64,000 bases of DNA, from positions 3,366,265 through 3,430,264 of the forward strand of contig CAJINV010000007.1 of the NCBI GenBank assembly GCA_905178155.1. The letters are read 5' to 3'. Shown here in pieces: positions 1-11,386 of the stretch. Source of the stretch: Amoebophrya sp. A120. Lineage: Eukaryota; Protista; Dinoflagellata. The stretch's first letter is position 1. Each line of letters begins with the position of its first letter. Both the position numbers and the translations under genes were made by a program. Under the pieces are notes generated by a model, which searched no databases, was not told the origin of the DNA, and was given only the letters and a program-made list of their open reading frames with translations.

Positions 1-270
1 GTTTCAGGTTCTCGGTTCTCGGTTTCCAATTCTCGGCTCTCGGTTTCCGATTCTCGGTTTCCGGTTTCCGATTCTCGGTTTCCGATTCTCCGTTTCAGGT
101 TCTCGGTTCTCGGTTTCCAATTCTCGGTTCTCGGTTTGCGATTCTCGGTTCTCGGTTTCCGATTCTCGGTTTCCGATTCTCGGTTCTCGGTTTCCGATTC
201 TCGGTTTCCGATTCTCGGTTCTCGGTTTCCGATTCTCGGTTTCCGATTCTCGGTTTGCGATTCTCGGTTT
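1..270. repeat. Tandem heptamer satellite (TTCTCGG / TTTCCGA / TTTCAGG variants; 14-bp higher-order unit GTTTCCGATTCTCG), truncated by the window start
   Basis: Continuous degenerate 7-mer array from base 1 to ~270, ending in TTTTTACGCCCTGG. ORF 136-339 is just a translation of this repeat. Confidence 0.9.
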
Positions 271-1232
271 TTTACGCCCTGGCCAAAGCTTAACTTGATA
301 AAATCAATTTTTATGCTTGTACTTTTCGATGCGTGCTGACGGGATCTAACCGTAAAGCCGCAACTTAAAGATAAAGCCCAATCCTGTCCATTGAAGTGTT
401 TGGTAAGTCTTACCAAATACCTCGCGCAAAACTCGCTCGAGAAACAACTCCGCCGTGCCACGTCTTGACGTCTATCTATCCATAGCTACTTATTTTGGTA
501 AGAGGCCGCCCCGCTGTAGCCATTGATTTGGCCTCATCAAAAAAGCGGCTCTGCACTTACTGATATAGTTAAAAGGATAGAGCTACAAGGTCAAGTTGAA
601 GTTGTAAAAGTAAAGATAAAAAGTAAAGGAACTCGTTTCGCGAGCGTGCTTGCCAAAGAAGAATACTGACGTCACAGAAATTTGAAAATCGCATGGTCGG
701 GAGAAGCGTGGTTCGCGAATGCTAGTACTTCTTGATCCTACCCTCGAAGTAAAGCGTTCCGACGCTCGCATTGAAACCCCTGGTCAGCGGATCTTGGTGT
801 ATTTTTCAGTAGAGAGCATTGTCTTGCCTGATTTCCTCTGAATAAAAACCCATGATCGACGTTGGCCGCACGGTTTTTTAAATATCATCTCTCCACGACG
901 GCACACCCACACATACTTACTACAAGATCAAGTTTTAGAAGGTCCGTTTTGATAACAACACTTTTCCGGATCTGTTTCCTTCCTCGTTTGGATTTTCACG
1001 TCTTACGCTCGACGCGATCAAGTTTTGTGATCCGAAGTTCTGCGTTTTGTTTTGAATCCGTCTTCATGCAAGCCTGTAAAAGTGCAATTATTCTTTGTTG
1101 GGGTGTGTTTCGTCAATTCAGTATGGTAATGCTTTTCGTATGTTAATTGAAAGGAAAATGAAATGATTCAGGTTGATGAGGTCTCGTCCTTTTGCTTTTA
1201 GTAGAAGGTAACGTAGAGCAAAAGCGGACAGA

Positions 1233-4200
1233 ATGAGGACACCAATGTCGGCTGTTGGGCGAACAGCAAGTTTTTATGGTCTGATGGAGACAGTTCTCTA
1301 TCGATGTTTCCCCGCCTCGCGTGCCCTGCGACACTTGGTGGTGTTGTTCGCTTCGATTGGCTCTTTGGCGGTTGTGGTCATAGGAGCAGGCACGGCACTG
1401 ACCGCGCAACCTGATCATCTTCAGGCGCAGCTTTCTGGAACGTTTTCACAGACTTTAGAGCGGCTGGATGTCTCGCTTTTTTTCAACCCAGGAAGAAGTA
1501 GAACCGGCGGAGCTGCAAAGGGCAAAAACTACGTCAAGAGCAAAGATGAAAGAGGAGTCGCTTCTTCAAGCAACGGCTCAGCAGCTGAAGGTTCGACAGT
1601 AGTCCCCTCATTCTGCGGAAGCAACGAGGTCGCGGGGAAAATAGAAGAGTTCCTAGTGATCAGCTCAGTCGGAATCGGGTTTCCGAGGTGCGGAAAAGTT
1701 TTGGAATTTACAGAGGATGTCGCTTTGCAGGGCTACAGTTACGATGGTGCTGCAACGTTTCTGTACAGAAGCAAGAAGACTGCTGCCACTGCGTCCAAGT
1801 CTCACTCCAACTCCAAGAATGTACCAACGGTAGAACAACTTGCTCCTGAGACAGGCGAACCACCGATAGGCATTCGATTGAAGTTGCAGAAAAGACATCT
1901 TCACTACTGGGCGCAGGTGTTTGAAGGGTTCAAATTGCAGCCGCAGAATACAGAGGATGAAGACGACAAGGTGGAGTTACCCACGGGACGGTTTGTGAAA
2001 AAAGTTCGATTTTTGCAGGCGTCATCAACAGTTCCTTCGCCTTCGGGCGACGGGGGCGGGGGCCCGGCGACAAGGCTGGCGGAACAAGGTAGTTTTTCAT
2101 TGCAGACGAGATTCGACCACTTTCAGTTCCACGAACGGGAGCAAAGCCACGGTACAGCTGCGGTGAAGAAGATCATGGAGGACTTTTTCTACCGAGAACA
2201 AACACAGCAATTCAGTTGCTCTCAATATCTACATCACCACGCAGGATGGCTGAAGGTCGTGAATGGCTCTGAAAAAGATAATTTCTCGGCTATCGTAGTT
2301 GCGCCGAGACATTCTTGGTGCCCAAAGTGCTTACACAAAGACAAAGCATTCCGCAGTGTGGCGAAGCTGTGGAATCAGAAGAAGGAACATCAGCTGCATC
2401 CAGGAATGTTGCTGCGCGGCGAAGAAGCAGCAGCAGGGGTAGGAGTTTCGAGAGTTCATTTCGTGGCACTAGATACGCAGGCGCATAAGCGATTTTTCCG
2501 ACAGTATGATGCAGAACACAGAGGCTTTTCTGGAACAACAGTCCAGAAGAAGAAGGCTTCTACTTCCGATGACGACTGTCCACTCTTCGTTTGTCGTGCG
2601 GACGAGCCGCTCATGTATGAGACCCGGATCCCCCACGCCTACAAAATGTCGGACATGGACCTCATGGCGGGGGCCATGTCGGCAGGAGTGAGTATGAACA
2701 ACCAACTCGCGGACGATAAACTCGAGCCGGATCTGGATCGCTTCCAAGAGGAATTGGGTTCCTTGACAAGTGCCTCTGTGGCGGATGAACTCTTCCAGGT
2801 TGTGTGGAGAGACCAGCAAAAATTTTTTGAAGATGGGAAAGGACTGAGAGCAGCGCTGGCACTGGCTCGGTCCTCCGACAGGGCAAGTCACGACATCCGC
2901 GCGAGCACTCTTGCTCGTGGTGGCGCGCCAGGGCACGTACCAGAGGCCTTTGTGGTTCTGTCGGTTTCCGAAGAGGACTTTAGTTCTATTCACACTGCTG
3001 GTCGTCCGTCTTCCGGCCGCTTATTATCATCTTCATCTTCATCTTCATCTCCAACAGTCGACGACCTCCTGCCTGATCCAAAAACGGCGATCTCCGCTGC
3101 GACTTTGCGCCACGACTTTTTGCAAAGGATCGCGGAAAAAAAGTTGACACAAAACAACGCGGTCGCGGATGCTTTTGTCCACCACGCAAGGTCGTTTCGG
3201 CGAACGGGAAAAGGCTTTGCGAAGTTCGTGGTTTGTGTTGCCTGTGCATTGAACGTCGGCCGTGAGGAGCCACCGTCTCCTGGTCTTGCGCCACCACTGC
3301 TGGTCTGGTATTTGGGTGAAAACCGCACCGATTCCTACTCGTTTTACGACAGAACTGAAAACTCAAGTTCACCTCCTTCATCGCCAGCTGCTTTTTTGCA
3401 AAAAACCACAGCACCCTTGCTCCGGAAGTACTCGTTTGGGATCAAGCGCGAGCTGGAGACGCAGTTTCGTCCACAACCACAACTACTGCAAGAGAAGAAC
3501 ACAACTGCTACAAGAACTACGCAGCAAAATAAATGGTACGCGGTTGTCTACTGGAACACCACGGCACTATTCGCAGCAGACGCGTCTCCGCAAGTAGAAA
3601 GTGTTAGCGTGACTGATGGCGGCGGGTTCTCCACAGCCTCTGCTGATTTCTTGCCTGTTGATACAACAAGGACAAACCACACCCAAACTCAGAACAGATT
3701 TTTCGCGGAAGCCGTGCGTCAGTTTCGCAACAATGTGCTCAATCTCGCAGTAGACCTCCGGCGCAAGGGATTGGCGTCTGAAGAAGCAGAGGAAATCACT
3801 TTCCTCCAATTTGAGCCCACTTGGAGCTACTATTTGAAGGACTTCGGGTTTCACAGAAAGCAGTATCCGCAAATCGCGTTCGGATTGCGGTCGTCACTGG
3901 ATGTTGGGAAGGGGAGGAGCTTCGTCTTTGAAGGATCAAACAGCAAAATAAAGGCCGACAACAGCAATACACGACGAGGCCAAAAGATGAAACAACTACC
4001 TTGCGCAATGAAAACAGCAAAAGCTGCTCTGACAAGTGAGAAAGAGCTTCGTTCGTTCGAAAAGTGCTTTTCGAAGAAGAAGCTGGAAAAATTTGTGACC
4101 CAAGTGTTCTCCGGGAAGGTCAGAGAAGCGCATGCCAGTGGTCCGGAAAAAGAAGATGGGGATCGAGTGTTGGAAGATCACCAGCCTGCAAGCGATGCAG

Positions 4201-6938
4201 CAACAGCATCGAGGAGTCCTCCTGCTGGAGCTGCACCAGAGGGGCAGAAGAAGGAATTAGCGTCACATGTCGCAGAGCAGACGAGCAGCGAAAATAAGCC
4301 ACAGACCACCTCCTCTCCGACAAGCACCACCGTTGGCGACTCCCCCACTGGCGCATTTCCTCGAACCCCTGTGAACGATTTGACCTGGAAATCTCTTTCG
4401 ACCCAACTGTTCAACAGCAAGGAGGCTGATCTGTCAGCGGCAACAGTCATCATCGAGCTCTACCATCGGGATCGGGATAGAAAGTTTGAGAGGGAGGCGA
4501 TTTACCACACGGCCGCGCTGGTCTTCGAGGAGTTGGAGAGGTTGGAGATAGGGAGCAAACCAACCGGGGCGACGTCGCAGATACTTGACGGCAGTGCGGT
4601 CGTACTCGGGAAGAAAAAGTCGAGTCTTCGTTTCTTCCGCTACGACATCAGCGAAAATTACGTCAGTCCGGAGATTTTCGGCGAGAAATACCATAAGCTA
4701 TTCGGGGAAACAAGTATCGGGAGGAAAACGGAAGCGACGGAGCAAGGGGCTGTGTTTTTGTTCCACGGAATTGAAAATACACCTGCAAGAACTGCTGGCG
4801 ATAGAAATACACTGACCACCGCCTCCAAAATAAATTCGCTGGCTTCACTTCGTCGCGGCCCCCCTGCTGTTTTTCCGCTTTCGTTTTCGGGGAAGGAGCC
4901 CAGAGCGCTGTTGGAAGGGTTGGTCAAGTGGATCCACAAGAAAACGACAACGTCCTCGTACCCAGCAACGGCATCAAGGGCTGCTTCAGCGAAAAATCAG
5001 CTTCGAGACGCGTTAGACCTCGTAAAGGATTTCGAACCTGAAATCCTTGCTCGGGCAAAAACGGCGGATGACAACGAAAGACGGCAAAAGAAAGAAAAAC
5101 AAGCGGCGATTGATAAGATGATGAAAACGCTGAAGCAAGAAAAGGGCTTGTACGACATCCGAGACAGTGCCTTCATGTCAGCGGCGAGCGGAAATGCAAA
5201 TGGTGCAGGAAGTGCTACTGGAGGAAGCGGAGGAGAACCAACTGAAACCAAAGCGCCCCCGCTGAAACAGTTCCGCGACCGTGGGGGAGTGAAGGACGAT
5301 AAAAAAGGAAAAAAGATGAAACCGAAAAAAGCGAGGAAACAAGGACCGACAAAACGCTCAAAGGAGCTGAGAGCCCGAGCTGCAGCTGCGGAACGGCGTG
5401 CAGAAGAAGCGATAGAGAAGCAGAAGAAGGGGAGGGAAGAAAAGCTGCAAAGACGCAAGGAGGTTGTAGCTTCGCCTTCGGCGGCTGCTCGTCATACTGT
5501 TCCATCTGCACCGAAGATCATGAAGAAAGATCATGTCGCTCCAGAAGAGATGATCCACACAGTTTCCTGGGGGCAGACGAAAGACACGTTGCACCTCACC
5601 CTGCACTTCTCTTCCAATTTCAAGTCCTGTGTGACAGAGCACCTTCTTAAACAGGGCGAGAAGAATAAGAACACGAACCCGCGCAAGTTTTTCGACGCTG
5701 TCACCGTGAAGATTGCGGAAGAGCAAGATGCTGTTGTAATAGAAGCGGAGTTAGACGACGACGAGGACGAGCAGGCAAGCGCAGCATCAGTTTCATCCCG
5801 GACCACGACTTTGTCTTGCGCTGGCAACAACATGACGCCTGTGGCCTTCCGCACGACGACCCGTCTCAACCTCCGAGAATTTGTCCGGAAAGAGACCCTC
5901 GAGCTTGCGTTTCAGGGCCAACAGACGAGAGACGCAACAGCTTCCACGTCAGTGACTGCACCAACCGCCACCGTCGAAGCGCAAGCGATTCTGACAGTGC
6001 GAAAGAAGATTCCGCACCGGTGGGACCGTTTGTTGGACACTTGCAGTGCGAAAAAGGGCAAGGCGTTTTTCGAAACAGCATGCAAGACTACAAGCTCCTT
6101 CCAGCGCCAGCACTCAGAAAAAAACTATAGGAGCAGTTCAACATCAATGCCTTTCCGGTTGAAAAAGGATTGGGTAAAGGAGGACCCGAATTTGGAGGAG
6201 GAGGAAGATGTGGAGCTCCCCAAATGCAAAGATTTGAAACCAATCACCGGGTCGCAGCTGGAGCTAATTTTCGAAAGAGGAAGCGCTGATCATGTTGCGA
6301 GGTCACAAATTTCAATTGCTGTTGCATGTCTTTTCGTAGGCGCATGGTTCTATGGTGAATGAGACGCTACGCCGCACGTCATCTGGTGCAGCAATTTGTG
6401 ACTGTGACACATTCATATTGCGAAAATTCAATTTGAAATAGAAACTCTTCTACAGGCCCTCAATCGCGTCGACGACAGCATTGCAGCCAAGCTCAAACGA
6501 GACAAGTTCCGAAAAATCCAGCGCCGTCTTCCCCCGCATGCTCGTTCTGTTAGTCCGTCACCCCTGGTGCCGTGCCTGTGAGGAAAAGGACCGGGAAATC
6601 GTGAACTTCGTGAAATGGAAATCCAGCGAACTGCCGGCCAATTTGGTGAAGTTCGCGGTCCTTGACGCCAGGGAGTACAAAAATGTGGCAAGTCGCTTTT
6701 TGCAGGACCATTCTGCTGCGTCCGCGGATGAAAATTTCAGCGGCGGAAATCTTCCCGTTCTTTCTGCCTGCGACGCCACCTGCCCTCTGCACGTCTTCAA
6801 GCGTGAGGAGGGGCTGGATAAGTTTTACGTCCTACCGGCGAAGAAGTGGCACGAGGAGTACTTGCTGGATATGTACCAGTATGCGGTGCCGCTCGTGACT
6901 CTGTTCAACCAGGAACTAAAGCAAGACGCTGAAGAAAA
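1233..6938 (+). CDS. 5' part of a large secretory-pathway thioredoxin/PDI-like protein with a CS(p23)-like domain (exons 1233-6301 and 6456-6938), interrupted by the retroelement
   Basis: 1709-aa ORF with an N-terminal hydrophobic segment and CS-like motifs (SWGQTKDTLHL...KKIPHRWDRL...KDW). Phase-2 GT-AG intron 6302-6455 joins an exon with the thioredoxin motif PWCRAC. The frame continues at 21205 after the element. Confidence 0.75.
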
Positions 6939-7058
6939 TTATGAGATCTAAGGTTTTCGTAAGGAAATAGTTGATCGTCAATTGTGGGAGTTGTCTATAG
7001 TCGGTTTCGTATCCGGGGCTGTGAGCATCCGGTCACCACACTCACACTCTGTTGAAAA
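6939..7058 (+). repeat. Split direct repeat A1 (120 bp)
   Basis: Matches 20751-20870 with 1 mismatch. Confidence 0.95.
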
Positions 7059-7389
7059 GCGACTTTCACGTTCGCCCTTCGGCTTTTGCCTTCGGCATTG
7101 TGGCAGCTCCTTTTCGCGTGTTTGGTCAGCAAACACTGCTCCGACTCGCCTCTCGTCGTCCCGGTTTCTTCACTTGTATGCTTGTTGATTGCGATGTCGT
7201 TGGGCGTTAGCATGTCCGCTGCGCACACACGACAGGGCAGTCGCTGGTGACAGTGCCAGCACCTCTCGCTCAGTTGTTGGACAGAGTACCTCATTGGTGG
7301 TAGCAGCACGTATGCATGTGAAGTCGTGTCCCGAACACACTTGGCGTAAGGCTGCCGCATGTATGTGTTCTATGGCTCTTGGCTAAGAC

Positions 7390-8188
7390 ATGGCATGCTG
7401 CGTGTTGATCTTGTCATCACACATGTTCACAAGGTTAGACATTCGTACTGCTTACCGGGATCATACGATGTCTGTTGCAAGAGCGAAAAAAGATCTTTTA
7501 GAGCTCTTACAGTTTTGCCGTGCGTCAGAGACAACAGTAATACGAGTCTGGTCGTCCAACAAGATGGTCGTCTCTCTGTCCGCAGCGGATCTTCCGCAGT
7601 TGCAACGCATTATGTCTGCTTGCTCTAACGACGTCTCGCTACACACCCCTGTGTGGTGTGCGCTGGTGTACGGCAGCCGCGCCCTGGAGTCGGTGGCCAA
7701 CATTGTGGAATCGCACGCTTTGCGCATGCAAGCAGCAGGTCCGAAGGTGGTCAACGAAGCGAATAATGACCCGATGACCACGGTTGCCGCCGTGGAGGCC
7801 ATGCGCCGCACAATTACTGAGTCTCACGACCTGACGGTGAGCACTTTGATGGTATGTTTTTTTCCTTTTGCGATACGCATGACTGCATGACGCTCGATGA
7901 TGCTGCATGATACAACCCATCAAATTGTCTCAGGAATCGGCGCAGACGGTGCTGCCGGGGACGAAACCCTGCGCCAAATTCAAGCAAATGCTCTGGGAAA
8001 TTCCAGTGGTGATCCCGCCGCAGTTCGCGGCCGCCAAGGCCTGGAGTCCCAAATTCAAGGAATGGGTCCACGGCACAGCCCCGATCCAGCAGACTGGTTT
8101 GGTGCGCCTGTTGATGGACCGCAACGTGGCGAAAATGTTCGAAGACGCGAGTGCTAGTGTTAGCACTACGAGTACTTCCGCAAGCTAA
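7390..8188 (+). CDS. Element accessory gene 1, unknown function (exons 7390-7851 and 7934-8188; ~238 aa; start uncertain)
   Basis: ORFs 7390 and 7907 are joined in phase 0 by GTATGT...CTCAG intron 7852-7933. Confidence 0.6.
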
Positions 8189-8436
8189 ATTTCCCACAGA
8201 TTCGTGTCGTTACAAGACGTATTTGTCTTTATGAATTAGACGAACCAGTCTAACTCTCAGGACAATTCCGAACACGAGTTCAACTATTTTGAAACTCTGA
8301 ACGCGAATTACTGGCACTACCATCTTGACCTTTCAACGTAATGGTGTTCGAGCTTTTCGTTTCTTTTGGTCGTGTTGTAGCTCACGCCGTTTCGCATAGA
8401 TTACTCTTGAGCCGCCGTGCAAGCCACAGCGAAATC

Positions 8437-11121
8437 ATGTCAAGATGCGTAATTTGTTACGACGACAGCGTGGTAGACGCTGGCAGGGAGCTATGGTGCA
8501 CAGAAGTCGCCTGTGCGAACAAGCACTGCATCTGCTCCACCTGCTACTCCAGCAAAGGAGGTGTCATCCTGATCGCCGAATTCGGAGCCTGGGGCCAGTC
8601 CACAAAGTGCGGCAAGTGCAAAGCATGTGACAGATCCAAGACAGTTGCGAACTCAGCAAAGGTAAAAGATAGAATCGACCAGCGAGCAGGAACTGCAGCC
8701 GTTACGGAGCAAGTCATCGCAGCTTTCCCTTGGTGCGCCCAATTCGCCGCTACGTCGGTAGAGAGAAAGGCGAAGTACTACGACATTCTGAAAAGGCCGC
8801 CGATACGCCGCTCCCAAAAGATTGAGAAAGATCAAGGAAAGTACATGATGAAGCTGCTCGGTCAGTGCCTGGCCAACACCAACCAAGCGGCTCAGGTACG
8901 CTTTTTTGCTTTGTAGCGCAACGGACTTTGATTGCCTAGTAAATACAGCATGACAAATTCTTCATTGTTATCACCACAGGACTTCATCGACAGCACAAAC
9001 ATGCAAGAGATTCCGAAGTGTTCGTGGAAGACGATGATTCTCCCGCCGGAGGGATCGCTGTTGGAACTCAAGCAATACTTGCAAACCTTGACTGACTTGT
9101 TTCCGTCCGAGGATTGGATCACTCTGGCCCGATATTTCTTGTGGCCCGTGACCTACTACGAAAAAAAGTCGGCCGCCCTGACCAAAAACTCCGTGGCCAA
9201 GAAGAGTTTGTCTTTGAATTACAATTATCAACTGTGCAGACATTTTCCTTTTCATGTTGCTCTCGTCTTGACACGTGATACGCAAGCAGATATCCATGCA
9301 GATCACCACATAACTCTCATGCGATTGTTTGCTAGGTAATCACAAAAATTACAAAAGCCAGGTATTTTCTCATCAAAGATTTTGCGGCCGCCCTCAAAAA
9401 GAAGTATCAGCCGGCCGATGGCTCGCAAATTTGCCGCCTAAAAGGCTGCCGATTTTTTTCTAATATTGTGGGCCCCACATTGTTCCGGCATGGCGCCCCC
9501 CTTGCTTCTTTTCGTCGTGGCCCCGCGAGTCTGGGGCCCCGAGGGTTCTGGAGGTAGTCCGGGCACGGGTTTTGTCGTCGGTAGTTTTTGCAGGTTTTGG
9601 AAGCTGGGGCGCTGGGGATTTGCGTTTTTAGCATTGTTTGGCGAAGATTGCCCGCCCCGGGGTCTCCAGGGCCCGGGGCGCATCCGGCCCGGGGTTGCCA
9701 AGGTTTGCGCCCCTGCGATGTTTGCGCCCCAGAAGGAAGGCAGCGCGATTGTTTTCCATTTGTCTCGGGCCGCACATCAATGGCCCCGGCCCGCCCGGCC
9801 GGGGTTCACGAGGGGCGCAGAAGTGGGGCGGGGGGGGGTCTAATTTGGGCTCTAATTTCGCGTCTAATTTGTTTCTAATTCCAGCATAGGGAATGTGGGG
9901 GGATTTGCAATGAAAAAAATTAGCCGTGATTTAGCCAGGAAATTAGGCGCGAAGTTAGTCGCTTGCCTTAGCATCGATTTAGGCAAGGAATTAGCCGGAG
10001 GCAAGAGGCGCCCCGCCCGGCCTGTTTCCGGCTAGGCGGTTGGTGTTGATCATTTTGCCGGGCGGCTTCCCGGCTTTTTGTGTGGGCGAATTGCCGCCAC
10101 CCCTAATCTTGCATCTCGCGCCTGACCCCCCCTCGGGGCCGCCTCCCTTCTGGGCCATTTTCTCTCTGGATGGGAAGAGCCCAGCGGCGTTCGGTATTTG
10201 GCCGCGAAGTTCTTGGCCCCGTTCGTTTTTGTTGTCCCGCCCAACGTGATTTCTGCCCGGTGGCCTTCGGGCTGGGTGTTGTCTTTGGCGGCATTGCCGC
10301 CACTTTCTTTTTTTTGTTTTCCTTCGTAACATTAGAAAAAAGATAGCAAGTTTTAAGCCTTGGAGAATGCCCGGGGTCGGCTGCCTGACAAGTACGTCGC
10401 GTCCGCGGTCGACGAGGCATTTTACAACCTCGAGTACGCCTGTGCAATGACGCAGGCGGCTTGCGATAATTTGTGCAAGCCCAGTATTATGCAGCGCATG
10501 ACGCAGATAGGCGGAAGCTTCATGTCGATGATCGCGGGAGGCGGCGGCAGGAACGCCTTCCCTGAGCTGGGACAGAACCCCACAGACAGCAACGCGATCC
10601 AGCAAAAGAGTCAGCAGCTGTACAACGAGATCAGCCGCATCATGACCGAGGCACCGCGCACCACCGCAGGAGCATACGCTGCGATGGAAACGGCGAAAGC
10701 CAAGAGCGACGCGATTCTGTCGCAGTGGATGCAGAAGACCCAGAGCTGTGTCAACTGCCTCATGGGCGGCAAGGGTCCAGGAAGCCACCATGTGGGAAAA
10801 AAGATGGGTTTGAAGGCCTGCTCAGACTCGAACAACACGCGCTACATCAAGTGCCCACGCCCGCAGTGCAACGGAGAAGCCCACTGGAACAAGAGCTGCC
10901 CGGTCGTCCTTGCAGGAAAGAACGGGGGTGGCAGCCAGCAGTTCGGTGGGAGCCAGCAGTTTGGTGGTAACCAAAATTTTCAAAAAGGTCTTGGTAGTAA
11001 TTTGCTCCGTCCGTTCAATGGAAATGGAGGTCAACCGTTTGCGAAAAGAACCAAAAACAACAATGGTGGAAAAGGGCGCAACATTTCTAACGTCACTACT
11101 TATGCCAACCCCTTCAACTGA
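8437..11121 (+). CDS. Gag-like protein with N-terminal C3HC4 RING finger and C-terminal Zn knuckle (exons 8437-8895, 8980-9205, 10358-11121; ~482 aa)
   Basis: CVIC-x18-C-x3-H-x2-CSTC-x21-CGKC RING pattern; CPRPQCNGEAHWNKSC knuckle followed by a Gly/Asn/Gln tail; GT-AG introns 8896-8979 (phase 0) and 9206-10357 (phase 1) keep the frame. Confidence 0.7.
9336..10357. other. GC-run-rich non-coding insert within the gag intron, with a central divergent CTAATT/AATTAG array; probable degenerate nested element
   Basis: Abrupt compositional shift to G/C and A/T homopolymer runs. CTA at 9840, 9852, 9864 and 9875, then TAG at 9921-9992 every 11-13 bp. Same design as 18260-19486, but no clear TIR/TSD. 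Confidence 0.5.
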
Positions 11122-11386
11122 CGAAGTAACCTGTTTCAATTTCTTTATCGATAAAAGAATACATGAGTCAAGGCAGATACAAGCGCCCCCTTTTCCATGG
11201 CGTCAATGTAGCTCGACGCCGACGGTGGCATGTTCTTTGAAGTTGTGTCACGCAGGAGAGATCATGGCAAGAGATTAGTGAGTCCTCACCTTTTCTTTTA
11301 TTTTCTTTCTTTCGTCTGTTGCCCGGTTCTTCCTGTTGTTGCGTCCGGAGTGCATTTTGGCACACACAGATCTTCCAGCAACCTCT

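Noticed and set aside
1-270. Telomere, or the 67-aa ORF 136-339
   Set aside because: The units are not TTTAGGG-like enough, the G/T-rich strand points into the window, and the ORF is just the repeat translated.
9407-10447. ORFs in the GC-run-rich inserts (also 18489-19465)
   Set aside because: Overlapping ORFs on both strands with run-driven composition and no motifs.
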